Shown here: positions 1 to 10,752 of the stretch, one piece after another | Numbering within the stretch: position 1 is the stretch's first letter | How the letters are laid out: each line of letters begins with the position of its first letter | Assembly: GCA_965645245.1 (NCBI GenBank) | Contig: OZ287071.1 | Location: 1,054,001 to 1,118,000, forward strand | Source: Massalongia carnosa | Lineage: Eukaryota | Direction of reading: 5' to 3' | DNA: 64,000 nucleotides | Notes under the pieces: generated by a model | Told to the model about the DNA's origin: nothing | Databases searched by the model: none | What the model saw: only the letters and a program-made list of their open reading frames with translations | Program-made: the position numbers and the translations under genes

Positions 1-166
1 GAAGTGCACCGCGGGGGGAGCTGGGCGCCTGGCAGCGCTGGAAAGGCTGGCCGGGGCGGCAGAAGGAAATGGAACTTGATGACAAGGGGAGAAGGGAAAA
101 GGCCACGGGTGCGCATGGCACGGTGGGATTTTGGACGACTCGGGTGGTGAGGCGGTAGGTTTGCAT
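1..166 (-). CDS. Possible 5' end of a gene running off the window (partial)
   Basis: ATG at 166 in CCACC-ATG context, open frame MQTYRLTTRVVQNPTVPCAPVAFSLLP... to the window edge. No recognisable domain. Confidence 0.3.
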   Translation of the reverse strand, partial: MQTYRLTTRVVQNPTVPCAPVAFSLLPLSSSSISFCRPGQPFQRCQAPSSPRGAL

Positions 167-1034
167 GGTGGAGTTTAGGTTAGCTATAAGGTGTTCTTTT
201 TTCTGGTTTGGTTTGGTTTGATGGAGATTGTTATGTGTGCTTGTATGAAATATAGATATCAAGAAGAAATATCATCATCTCGCATTCCCATCCATTTTAT
301 ACCCTCCTCCTCATCCTCTAACCCTCTAGAACGTTCCCGTACAGTCTGCGAAGTGCTGAACAATCATCATAATCACTAAACTCCATCGCCGAAACCGAGA
401 GATTTGGAAAGTCAGCTGGGTTAGGTTCGCTTACAAACTGAGAAAGTGAATAGGCACCCAAGAGAGGCGCGTTCATTGTATTGGGAATGAATAATTCAGG
501 TATATGTAGTACCTCTCTATACACATATACTTATGTAAGCACTTCGCCCCCTCCATCCCAAAAAAACGCGCTAACATCTACACCAAGGTTTAGGTTCAGG
601 CTTAGGTATGTATACACATAAGTAGGGAACCTAGTCTGGCTTCCAAGCATGACGAATGGGATGAAGTTGCATTGTTGATACCTACCTTTTTGTAGGATAT
701 GTTATATAGTTAGGAAGGCTAGCTACCTAACCTATGATTTAATGCGGCGCGCGAATGGTAAAGGGGGTAGGTAGACTTGGTGGGGCGGGGCGGGGCTGTT
801 TGCTTTTTTGCTTGGAGACGTAGACGGATAGTGAGACATGAATGTGCGTCCATGATCATTAGGTGGAGCTGGCTAGCTATATATAAACTACCAGAATAGA
901 GGAAGCTCGCGGACTCAGTTGACGTTTTGAGAGATCGAAGACAGCTGCATGTAGTAAGTAGCATGCACCAAGAATACGCCCAGAACTATTGGGAAAGTGC
1001 ACAAAGATTCGTCGCCTTCATCAAGGGATACATG

Positions 1035-4000
1035 CTATTTAGAGGGCATCACGAAAATCGGCACGTCACTTAAATCAACCCCATATCCACGGCTCACACC
1101 TAAGCTCTTCCTGCTGGCACCAGTCTTCATGTTCCTCGTTCCGGCGCTCCCCCCAAGTCCGAGTCCGGGCTCGTATCCGTACGAAAGTCCACCTGCATAG
1201 CGATCGGTAAGGTGTTCCAAGGCTACTGTTGTTGCGCCGGCATGTTTTCTTGGCGTGCTGAAAGAATGGGAAGAAGTTGGTGGGCTGGTCGAGGATGATG
1301 AGTTTTGCGGTTGTGATAACGGCTGAATGGGTGGTGTTGCATTTTGCGGCGATCCAGCCGATCCCCGAATGTTGGCAGAGCTAGGATTGAAGTAGGGTGT
1401 GTACCCGCTAGGTTCCCAGTCCAGATAAGGTAAGCGGGATGGAAAGGGCGTTCCAGAAGCGCCTACAGTCTGAGATCTCAAAAGAAGCGCATCGCCTGCG
1501 GACTTTCGCCGTTGGTTCCATGCTCGTCGCAAAGATTCCCAATCCCTCAAGGGATTAGCGGCGCGCTCTTGCTCCTCTAGAACTGCAACTCTTGTTGATA
1601 CATCAGGTTTCGGACTTCCAGCCAGTTTCTTGATCTGAAGCGGTGGTGGTAGAGCGCTCGATTTTACCGAGTTCGACGACAAGATCTTAGTTTCCCGTTG
1701 TACAACTTCTTGGTTTGTGGGCATGGCTAGCACAGGCGGTGCATCCGCAAACATGCTTTGAGGTCGATTGGGCTTTCCAGGAAACCCAAAACTATTGTAA
1801 AAAATAGCTTGGACCGGCTCGGATGATTTAGACAAACTTTGGCCCTTTTTGTCGATTTGATCCTGTGTAGGTAAGGCTGGAACAGGTGGTACGTCAACGA
1901 ACATACTATGAGGTCGCATCGGTTTGCCAGAAGCTCCACCACGGTCATCAAAGTTCATGGTAGATTGCGTAAATAACCTCGAAAAGCTTTTACTCTTATG
2001 CATACTACGTGCCCTGGCGAATCTGGAAGCTACCTCTTCGTCCATCCCGATCAAAACTCTTGGTTGGGAGGTGAAGTAACTTGCTTGACGCGGATTTGAG
2101 TCATTACTGCATTTGACAGTCCAAGGGCTGACTGTCACAGGTCTTGCGATGTCGTAAGGGCCTACACCTAGCGACCTCGTAACAGTACCAAAGTCGGCAA
2201 TTGCTGTGTGATTCTGGCTCTGGCTTATCCGGCGTTGTGCTTTCGACGGGCTAGTTGAACTTTTATGCAAGCTTCGTTTGGATTTCATGCTCTTAATGGA
2301 TCTTGATGAGGGCCAATCTAAATTCGCTCTTATAACAGAGTTTCCCCTTTCTATGGTACTAGCTGGCGACGGGAATCGGATTGGCACACATATTGGTTCA
2401 TCGATTGACAGGCTATCGCTCGACCTAACATGCTGTAAGCTTGGGAATGTATGTTCCAGTACTGGAAATTCTCGGAGTCTTTCTATATGTTTGGACACAA
2501 TCTCCAACGGTACCGGGGGTATGTTGGATTGACTAATATTCCGAGTACATTGAACGAAGATAAATTCTGCTGGTATTGGCTGCGATGAGGGCCTTGCTTT
2601 TCGAAGCTTGCGAGATTCAACTATATTTTTGGGCAATAATTTCGACGTGGGTTGAGATTTATCGACAGAATCTTTGGTATCTTTCTTATCAACAAGATCA
2701 ACAAGAGGAGCGGAATTTGCCACTTCGGCATTTGGAATAGCCAATGTCAGTGGATTTACTGTACGTATTCTGCTAGGAGCCTCCAGAGCGCGATTGGCAG
2801 CTCCATGTGGTGTACAAGTTGGCATCGTCCGTGGACCTGAAATATATCTAGAAGCTCTCCGACGTGATATATACGATTGCTCAATTTTCAAACCATTGCT
2901 ACCCCTAGAGGCCGAGTTACCAAGACTCTTTAGCGACTCACTCGAGCTATATCCGCTGTCTGCTTTTAAATTTGGTTTGGCAGAAATAGACTCTGGACTG
3001 TTGGCATTGTGATCCATGCTCATTGAAACCGTAGAGAATGAGGCAGGGCGATAAGAGAATTCTGCCTCCGTGGCTGCGTTAGCGGTGAGTTTTTGAAGGG
3101 CAGCCTCCCTTGTTCCCTCATTGGCGTGCCTAGTTTCCACATCGTTTATGAATGATCTCCAAAGACTCATTGCCGGTCGCTGCGATCGTGAGATGACAAT
3201 AGCGTCATCATCAAAGGACTCCTCGCGAGCCGTATCGATCGATGACATGTACCCGAAATTTGGGCTTTTAGAACTGGAAGAATCACCAAAGGAATATGGG
3301 CTACTCGGAAGGTCTTGCAGATATTCTTGCGCAATGCACAACGCCTGATCTGGTACCTGTGAAAAGGCCCTCTGGCATATGGGAGTTTTCTTATACGATG
3401 ATAGGCCTGGAATATTTTGGGGCATGCGTTCCACTACATGACAATCTTCGGCCCCTTGTTCATATTTTAGAGGACTACCGCTCCTATGTTTCGTTTTCCT
3501 TGAGGCATCGGGCTCTCCTCTTGAAATCTTGAAGGTTTTAATTAATTGTTCAGATTGAACCGCCGAGTCTTCCTTTTGCTGTGGTTCTTCATATCCACGA
3601 TGATTATTCACAGACGAGTGGGATTCTCCCAAATTCTCACCTCCCTCGAGAGCCGTAAAGAAATCATCGCAACCCAACGATTCTTGCGAAGGAGGATGCA
3701 TTCGTAAGGGATTAATGCTTTCGGGCGCTGGCGAGGGGGTTCCATTTGTGACTCGAAGTGTACCTGGCCTAAGCCCTCCGAGATGGGAGTAACCCAGATT
3801 GGAAGGAGTCGATCTACCACCGCTACCTTCTCCAATTTCTAAAGCAGCTAGTCGGGTTAAAGGGGAGGATTGGGGTAAATTAGGATTGAAATAATAATCG
3901 CGATCGGCCTGTGATTGTAACCTTTCCGGTGGAGGCGGCTTTCGTAAAATATCGTTAGGCGTTCGTGTTGCAATACCGGGAGTGTAGAGAGAACGTCGGC

Positions 4001-4604
4001 GTATTGGGGACATCATGGAGTCGACATGCATATCTTCAGTGGCTGATGGAGCGACATGGTTCTGGGCTGCAATGCTATCTGCATATGCCTTCTCTTTAAT
4101 CTCCAAAGCGATTCGCGCAGATTCTTCGTGATCTACTACTTGGGGCTGATTGAATAACAATAACTTTACGCTGGACGAGGTCGAGAGCTGAGTTGACGAT
4201 GCAGTTGCGCTCGGTATTTGTGAAATCGAGGATCCTGTTCCTGCTCTGGAAAGGCGGTTTTTGACGCCTCGAGCGATATCTGCAAGTCCCCTCTGCCCAT
4301 CATCTTCCTCATCGGATGCATCTGTATTGGATTTGTCTTGGCTAGCCCCGGATAGGTACGCACGAATCTTTGAGCGTGTACGCTGCCGACTTCTGCGTCT
4401 TGAAGGTACAACAATGGTTTGATCCCCATTCATGTATGTGGCGGAAGGTGAAATTGGAGAGGGGGGCTCGCGATGTTGCTCCACAAGTCTCAATGGACTT
4501 CCAGACGAGGCGTTGGTGCGAGGTTTAGAAAGTCTCTGAGAACGCGAGTCATCCACTGGTTGGGAAATACTGGCCATATCCAAAGAGATGTTCGAGCCTA
4601 GCAA
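1035..4604 (-). CDS. Large Ser/Pro-rich low-complexity fungal hypothetical protein (~1180 aa)
   Basis: 3.5-kb uninterrupted ORF with conserved-looking islands (SPIRRRSLYTPGIATR; GGLSYGYEPGLGLGGSAGTR...GYGVDLSDVPIF). The true start is uncertain (ATG of MASISQP or an upstream exon). Confidence 0.8.
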   Translation of the reverse strand: MLGSNISLDMASISQPVDDSRSQRLSKPRTNASSGSPLRLVEQHREPPSPISPSATYMNGDQTIVVPSRRRSRQRTRSKIRAYLSGASQDKSNTDASDEEDDGQRGLADIARGVKNRLSRAGTGSSISQIPSATASSTQLSTSSSVKLLLFNQPQVVDHEESARIALEIKEKAYADSIAAQNHVAPSATEDMHVDSMMSPIRRRSLYTPGIATRTPNDILRKPPPPERLQSQADRDYYFNPNLPQSSPLTRLAALEIGEGSGGRSTPSNLGYSHLGGLRPGTLRVTNGTPSPAPESINPLRMHPPSQESLGCDDFFTALEGGENLGESHSSVNNHRGYEEPQQKEDSAVQSEQLIKTFKISRGEPDASRKTKHRSGSPLKYEQGAEDCHVVERMPQNIPGLSSYKKTPICQRAFSQVPDQALCIAQEYLQDLPSSPYSFGDSSSSKSPNFGYMSSIDTAREESFDDDAIVISRSQRPAMSLWRSFINDVETRHANEGTREAALQKLTANAATEAEFSYRPASFSTVSMSMDHNANSPESISAKPNLKADSGYSSSESLKSLGNSASRGSNGLKIEQSYISRRRASRYISGPRTMPTCTPHGAANRALEAPSRIRTVNPLTLAIPNAEVANSAPLVDLVDKKDTKDSVDKSQPTSKLLPKNIVESRKLRKARPSSQPIPAEFIFVQCTRNISQSNIPPVPLEIVSKHIERLREFPVLEHTFPSLQHVRSSDSLSIDEPICVPIRFPSPASTIERGNSVIRANLDWPSSRSIKSMKSKRSLHKSSTSPSKAQRRISQSQNHTAIADFGTVTRSLGVGPYDIARPVTVSPWTVKCSNDSNPRQASYFTSQPRVLIGMDEEVASRFARARSMHKSKSFSRLFTQSTMNFDDRGGASGKPMRPHSMFVDVPPVPALPTQDQIDKKGQSLSKSSEPVQAIFYNSFGFPGKPNRPQSMFADAPPVLAMPTNQEVVQRETKILSSNSVKSSALPPPLQIKKLAGSPKPDVSTRVAVLEEQERAANPLRDWESLRRAWNQRRKSAGDALLLRSQTVGASGTPFPSRLPYLDWEPSGYTPYFNPSSANIRGSAGSPQNATPPIQPLSQPQNSSSSTSPPTSSHSFSTPRKHAGATTVALEHLTDRYAGGLSYGYEPGLGLGGSAGTRNMKTGASRKSLGVSRGYGVDLSDVPIFVMPSK

Positions 4605-5639
4605 GCAGCATAGATGGAATTGATGTTACTAGTTTGCCATAGCAGATTGATAGAATTGACCGGTATCATTAGAAGTGGGTAGAAACAATCGATATAGAAA
4701 GAATAAGTAAACAATATCAGCGACAACTTGATGCCATCTAAACTTCAACCATCATAATTTAAAGAAATCTGGCGAGTCAAAATGGATGAGACATATGTAC
4801 CGAGTAGGTAGATCTGAGACGAGGTCTCAAAAGAGGTCGGGAATGCGGAGATTCAACGGCCGCCTTGGCCGATATCAGTTGAGGTGGTTGGAGAAGCAGG
4901 AGAAGGATTTAGCATCGTTACTTGGACAACACCATTTAAGAGGAAAATGTGGCTGGGCTAAGTATCTTACGGAGCATCATCCGCTTAATCTATGGTTGGC
5001 CCAGAAATCCGACTCTGAGAGAGCGCTGCTTTGTTTAGCGGGGTTACAGCACTCTCTGTGGCTGAGCGCCGATCGTTCAACGATCTTTACCTCGTTAAGG
5101 AGCTGTCGCGTCTTGCAAGGATTATGTCTTGATATCATCGGGTTTGCTCCCGCGTCTCAGCCACTCCTATGAGAACTAGGGTAAAAGAAGATCCTGTAGC
5201 GCATGGCCTCGTCAGACTTCAGGAACCAAGCTGTGGATACAGAGTAGAGAAAGTGTGGACTACGAGTTTCAGGGAGTAGTAATCAAAGTAGAACACTGAA
5301 GCCGGACCTGATGAATTAGACTAGTCTGCTTAACTTGACGATTGGAGAAAAGAGCCGTACACCAGCGCCCCGATTGGATAATCGAGAGTTCGGCGGCGAT
5401 GAGCTTGGACAAGGTATTATGTATGTGCTGCACTCTAAATGTTGCATTTGCACGAACTCATAATTGGAGTGGATCTACAGAGTAAATAAAACACATCCTT
5501 AGGAATACATACTCCCTACTACTTAAAAATAAGCAGATACCTACTCTGTACCTGGAAACGTGCATAACGCAACCTTGGTGGTTCCAACCACCTCGATACA
5601 TGTACAAACCACCGTTGAAACCTGCATAATCAAAGCACT

Positions 5640-6650
5640 ATGGATTCAGCACAACAAGATCAAATCCCAGTCATTGTAGATCTTAGGTCTGATCGCCTTT
5701 CCCAAATCTCCGTACAAACCAAAGACTCTGCTTTCATGTCACAGACTGCTTTCAGTGAAGCGTGTCGATACTGGATGGGCAGAAGCCGAGAAGCTGGTTG
5801 CGTTGGGATGCATTGGAGGCTTTGCGGAGAGGTACGACTCGCGCACCTTGTACTTTCCGTTTCCCAGTGAACCTTTAATTGCACCCTTGTACAAGTCAAC
5901 ATCAAATAGGAGCTCGGCTTAAGAGCTTTATCGACTTTTTGTTAGATGTCTTACCTGTATCGATAAATTCTACCTGTCCTATCATTGACCGGATACTCAC
6001 ATCTTTTCGTAGTTGGAGAACCAATACTTAACCGTCTCTCGCTCCTTACAAACACAGTTTTCAGAAAGTTGCAGCTGGTCTTTGGACGATGAAGTGCAAA
6101 CAAACGCTATCACAAATGATAATGAGGATGATGAGGTGAGTTTCGTAGCGACCATGCGATCATAAAATAATTTCTTCTGATGGTAAGAGGTTACAATCCA
6201 TCACCACAGCGGCACGGGCCCTTCAGTAGAATACAGCATCCTCTTCTCCCATACCTACTGCGTCCCGGTTCTCTACTTTTCTCTGAAAGAACTTCCCTCC
6301 AGTAGCGTATGGGGCATCGATGCAATACACGAGCTTCTTGTCCCTGAGCACATGAGAACTGGATTACAGCAGGTTGGCGTGATGGGAGGAATTAGTATGA
6401 GCGTATAAGAACCCTTAACCAGCGTCAGCTATTCGTAAACACTGACGTCAAAAGATAGAATCATCCCGCCACTGACGTGCCGGCATATTTCATACATCCA
6501 TGTAATACTTCCGAAGCCATGCAAAATATAATTGACGGCCGGAATGTGTCACCGCCGGAGTACCTGCAAATTTGGATAGGATTGATAGGGGCCTGCATAG
6601 GGTTGTATCTGCCGAGTCAGCTTATTGCAAGTAAACTGCAAGAAAAATGA
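5640..6650 (+). CDS. ATG10: Autophagy E2-like conjugating enzyme Atg10 (4 exons: 5640-5831, 6013-6135, 6190-6402, 6459-6650; ~239 aa)
   Basis: Spliced translation gives AFMSQTAFSEACRYW...EDDE...VEYSILFSHTYCVPVLYF...GGISMS|NHPATDVPAYFIHPCNTSEAM...EYLQIWIGLIGACIGL, the Atg10/Atg3 active-site motifs with catalytic HPC. Intron 2 acceptor is atypical (see findings). Confidence 0.85.
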
Positions 6651-6811
6651 GTAAAGTTTGTTTTTCTTTGTTACAGTAAACACTGACGATCCTCATAATA
6701 TCCATAATTTTTGAACCTACATTTGCCGGTAAGGTATCATGAATCCAGGTATTATGATCCTCAACGCGCCTCGAGATCATACTCATTCAGTCTTGTGAAT
6801 ATAATCCACAA

Positions 6812-7537
6812 TCAAGAAGAATCTTCATCTGATGAAGCATCCATAGGAGCATCGCTGTCACCCTCTTCCATCGGCACGCCTTCCTCATCACTTTCATCTT
6901 CTCTTCTTCTCTTCACACCTTGTGGCCCTCCGGTATCAACATCTATTCCGTTCGCTCCGGAAGCGGGGACTTTGGTTACGGCAACTGAAACAGCAGCCGG
7001 AGTAGGTGCCACCATCGAAGAAGGTGGAGCGTTGAAGATAGACTGCTGCAGCTCTGTGGTCGCAACTTCGTTACTTGCGGTGATAGGCATACGATAGGTG
7101 CCATCCAATTTTGCGATGGTATTTGATTTCCCCTTTGCATATTGGATTTTCTATCCCTTCCTTAGTAATTCTGAATTATCTAATCGTCCAAGACGGCTTG
7201 CTCACCATCTCTTTCCCGAAGAAGTCAAATCCTTGTAATGCTCGCATTGCTTGTGTGCTTGCTTGGATATCGCGGAACACAACATGTGCCTGGCCACGCA
7301 TCTTCGAATTCTTTACCGCAACGACATCGAGCACAGGGCCATATGTAGAAAACAGGGTGTATAGTGAGAGTTTTAAATCGGGCTTTTGTAGCTTTTCTGG
7401 TAAATTTGTACAGTAAAGCCTATCGAGATCATGAGCAGCGCCTTATTAAAAATCTGGTAATTTCCCTACGTCTGATTTGGAGCTCCAGATAGCTTCTGCG
7501 GCGGTCCATTGAGAGTTGGCATACCCGTTGAAGCCAT
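6812..7537 (-). CDS. MSL1: U2 snRNP B''/U1A-family RRM protein (exons 7537-7470, 7419-7206, 7150-6812)
   Basis: PNQT|LYCTNLPEKLQKPDLKLSLYTLFSTYGPVLDVVAVKNSKMRGQAHVVFRDIQASTQAMRALQGFDFFGKEM|KIQYAKGKS is the characteristic U1A/U2B'' RRM. Canonical introns. Confidence 0.85.
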
Positions 7538-7597
7538 AATGATTCAAATATTGAGATTGCAAAGCAGTGCCTTATGAACCTAAATTATACTTCCGTA

Positions 7598-9765
7598 TCC
7601 CTCTCGCTGTCATTCTAGCACCCCCCTCCCAAGCTAATCTATATTGGACTAGCTTCCGCACCGATGAGTCATCAGAACATTAGTTTTCTCTAGAGTGTTT
7701 GCGCGTTTGTTTACTTTTCAAAGAATACTATTCGGTCATTCAATCAAAATAAATCACATAAATTACTATTCTTCTAGCTTCGGAATTGATATTATAAGTA
7801 TGACGCTCAATGAAGAAGAAATCCCGAGTGTATCAGACAAATCTCCCATTTCAGCGAAGCAACATAAAATAAATCGCAAAAGAAGTGTTCGGGATATTTT
7901 AATCGACCTTCCCCCTATTTCCTCAAAATATACCCCCATTCGGGTTGAAAACAGGCCTTTTGTTCCGCTCGTTGAAAACGATTCTCGAAATCCTTTGGGA
8001 TTATTTCGTTTATTTATAACAAGGCAGCATTGTCGTATCATCGCAAATCATACCAATATCAAGGCAAATAACTACATGGAAAAGGAGAAGGAGAACAATC
8101 ATCGGGTTTGGACTGACACTACTGACTCGGAAATTGAGGTTTTTTTGGGCATATTAATTCTTATGGGACTCGATCATCTACCTGCTACAGAGGATTATTG
8201 GAATCAACGTCCTGACAAACCAGTTATCATGCCTATTCTGTCCGCGATGTCGCTTGGTCGATTTCAACAAATCAAACGATTTTTGAAAATCAATAATGGA
8301 CAGACTGAGCCTATCGGACTTGGTCAAGGACCTGATTGGTGGAAGAAACTGGAACCGTTGGCTACTGATTTCCGAAAGACTTCATTGAAACATTGCAGAC
8401 CAGGAAGTATGATATCTATAGATGAACAGCTGGTGTTATTCAAGGGCCGTTCTCGACATACCTTGCAGATTACTACAAAAAGTGCCCATAAAGGATTTAA
8501 AATCTACAGTCTCTGTCAGGATAATTATCTGTTGTCATTTATGTTTGCCTCGAAGAGTAGCAGAATAAGTGAATTGAAAACAGTCAGACAATTGGGATTT
8601 TTGCCAAAAGATAAACTAACTCCTAGTGCTTTGCTAGTGATTCAGTTATGTAAAGAACTTCCATCCTCACTGAATTATCATCTTTTCTGTGATAATTTCT
8701 TTACTAGTACGAAATTATTCAAGGCACTTCGATCAATCGGAATAGCTGCCAGTGGAACTGCTAAAAAGGGCTCGGGCTTTCCAGAAGAATTGTTGGCCAT
8801 ACGGGACGTCACTTCAAAAGGAAAAGACTGGGGTCTTCAGGCCCATATGGTGGTCGACGATAAGGTGCTTTGTATGGGCTGGGTGGATAATAATGGTGTG
8901 CAGTACATGACCACCGGTCATTCTCCTCAGGACTTGTACGAAATGCACTATATAAATCCGCACAAGAGATATGGAATTCCCGAGACCTCTCTTCAACCTA
9001 TTGTATCGTATTTCCCATCAACTCTGGCTCACTCCATTCCCTTGCTCAATCAAGAGGTTCAACGGCCCTTAGGATTACCGATACCAGCCCCAATCAAAGA
9101 ATATAATCTTCATATGGGGGGATCGGATGGAAACGCTCAGCAACGAGCGATTTACTCATACAATCGTCGAACGGATCGTTACTGGTGGCCTTTGTTCATT
9201 TTTATTTTAGATGCAGCCGGATTGAATGCCTATAAACTTTACTCGCTGAACTCTTTCGATTCCGAGGAGATAAAATTTACTCGTTCTGAATTTCTTCGTC
9301 GGATTGCTCTTGAACTGATATCAAATCAAGCGGGCATCAGGCCCGGCTCATCAAAGATAAGCATCAATACCACGATTGATGCTTTAGTACCATCTCCCAT
9401 TCATCATTACGTTCGTCTTGAAGGCAGAAAAAGATGTGTGCAATGTAACGCCGAGAAAAAACGACCTTCAAAGCGGAAGGGAGAGCCACTGGCTGAAATA
9501 AGTGTCGATGGGCGTAAAAGAAGGCGAAGGGGTGCTCAGACTATATGGGCTTGTGGAGGATGTAATCCAATCAGGCCCTGCTGTAAGAAAGCCAGCTGTT
9601 GGGAAGCTATTCATATGATAGGGGACGAGTAAATAGGTATCTGATACTCCGTACAACTTCTTGTGAATAGGAATAACATTGATTGGTCAAAAGTTTAAGG
9701 TTTAGCGCTTTCTAACCAACAATGGTTTAGCTTGGGGGGGGGTGCTAGAATGACAGCGAGAGGGA
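7598..9765 (+). mobile_element. piggyBac-superfamily DNA transposon 1 (2168 bp, apparently intact)
   Basis: ~40-bp TIRs TCCCTCTCGCTGTCATTCTAGCACCCCCC(T)CCCAAGCTAA at 7598-7637 and 9727-9765, differing by one extra T. Flanked by TA at 7596-7597 and 9766-9767. Encloses a transposase ORF. Confidence 0.95.
7800..9632 (+). CDS. piggyBac (DDE_Tnp_1_7/PGBD-like) transposase, 610 aa, intronless
   Basis: Motifs SIDEQL, FCDNFF, YNLHMGGSDGNAQQR, RYWWPLF and a C-terminal Cys-rich domain (CVQC...WACGGC...CCKKASCWEAIH). First ATG at 7800. Confidence 0.93.
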   Translation: MTLNEEEIPSVSDKSPISAKQHKINRKRSVRDILIDLPPISSKYTPIRVENRPFVPLVENDSRNPLGLFRLFITRQHCRIIANHTNIKANNYMEKEKENNHRVWTDTTDSEIEVFLGILILMGLDHLPATEDYWNQRPDKPVIMPILSAMSLGRFQQIKRFLKINNGQTEPIGLGQGPDWWKKLEPLATDFRKTSLKHCRPGSMISIDEQLVLFKGRSRHTLQITTKSAHKGFKIYSLCQDNYLLSFMFASKSSRISELKTVRQLGFLPKDKLTPSALLVIQLCKELPSSLNYHLFCDNFFTSTKLFKALRSIGIAASGTAKKGSGFPEELLAIRDVTSKGKDWGLQAHMVVDDKVLCMGWVDNNGVQYMTTGHSPQDLYEMHYINPHKRYGIPETSLQPIVSYFPSTLAHSIPLLNQEVQRPLGLPIPAPIKEYNLHMGGSDGNAQQRAIYSYNRRTDRYWWPLFIFILDAAGLNAYKLYSLNSFDSEEIKFTRSEFLRRIALELISNQAGIRPGSSKISINTTIDALVPSPIHHYVRLEGRKRCVQCNAEKKRPSKRKGEPLAEISVDGRKRRRRGAQTIWACGGCNPIRPCCKKASCWEAIHMIGDE

Positions 9766-9943
9766 TAGGATTTCCCGTCGAGTCACCAATCAGAACCTCT
9801 GTTCTCTGTTAGTCAGCTAAGTAGCTCTATCAACGCGTAGACCTGCTACTTGAGCTCTTCAAATCAGAGCAGAGGCTGTAAACATCTCGAAGAAAGAATC
9901 TACTCACTACCTCATCCTTTATTTCACTCACGAAGTCTACATT

Positions 9944-10752
9944 ATGGTAGGAAAGCTCCAACCACATTTTAGATTTAATAATTATTAACCACATCTCTAG
10001 GGATCACCCTTCAGCATAAGTACGCTCTGCGGATTCTAACAGAATGCCCACCATAGCTAATCTCAAACGGCTTTAGATGGTGGCGCTTGCGTAGCAATGG
10101 TCGGCAAAGACTGTGTAGCTATTGCCTGCGACCTGCGCCTTGGCCTGCAATCCCTAACCGTATCTAACAACTTCCCTAAAATCTTCTCCTACGGTGACGT
10201 CTACCTTGGCCTTACGGGCCTCGCTACCGACGTATCCACCGTGTCCGATCTTTTTCGCTACAAAGTCAATATGTACCGCCTGCGCGAGGAGCGCCCAATA
10301 TCTCCGCAGACAATGGCGAATCTTGTATCAACTAGCCTGTACGAAAAGCGCTTTGGGCCATATTTCATAAGCCCCGTGGTTGCGGGCATCAACCATACTA
10401 CGGGAAAACCATTCATTTGCGGATTCGATAGCATCGGTTGTATTGACTTCGCAAAGGATTTCATCGTGTCCGGGACAGCGAGCGATCAGCTGTTTGGGAC
10501 CTGCGAGGGGTTATGGGAACCGGATCTGGTATGTGAAAGATTGCTGTCATGCAGTTCTTTGAAAATAGCTACGAAGTTTAGTTGGCTGACCTTTGACGGC
10601 GACAACAGGAACCGGAGGATCTGTTTGAGACGATATCGCAAGCGCTGCTGAATGCTGTGGACAGAGATGCTCTGTCAGGCTGGGGTGCACACGTATACAT
10701 CATTGAAAAAGATAAAGTTACAAAGAGATTATTGAAAGGGAGGCAAGATTAG
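9944..10752 (+). CDS. PUP3: 20S proteasome subunit beta-3 (exons 9944-9946, 10001-10019, 10077-10528, 10609-10752)
   Basis: [30 protein letters not shown]...[10 protein letters not shown]...[30 protein letters not shown]. Confidence 0.96.

Noticed and set aside
586..608. TTAGG-like repeats resembling telomeric sequence
   Set aside because: Only a few degenerate units and no (TTAGGG)n array.
7695..7799. ORF-track N-terminal extension of piggyBac transposase 1
   Set aside because: It starts at GTG. The first ATG is at 7800 and gives a length comparable to transposase 2.
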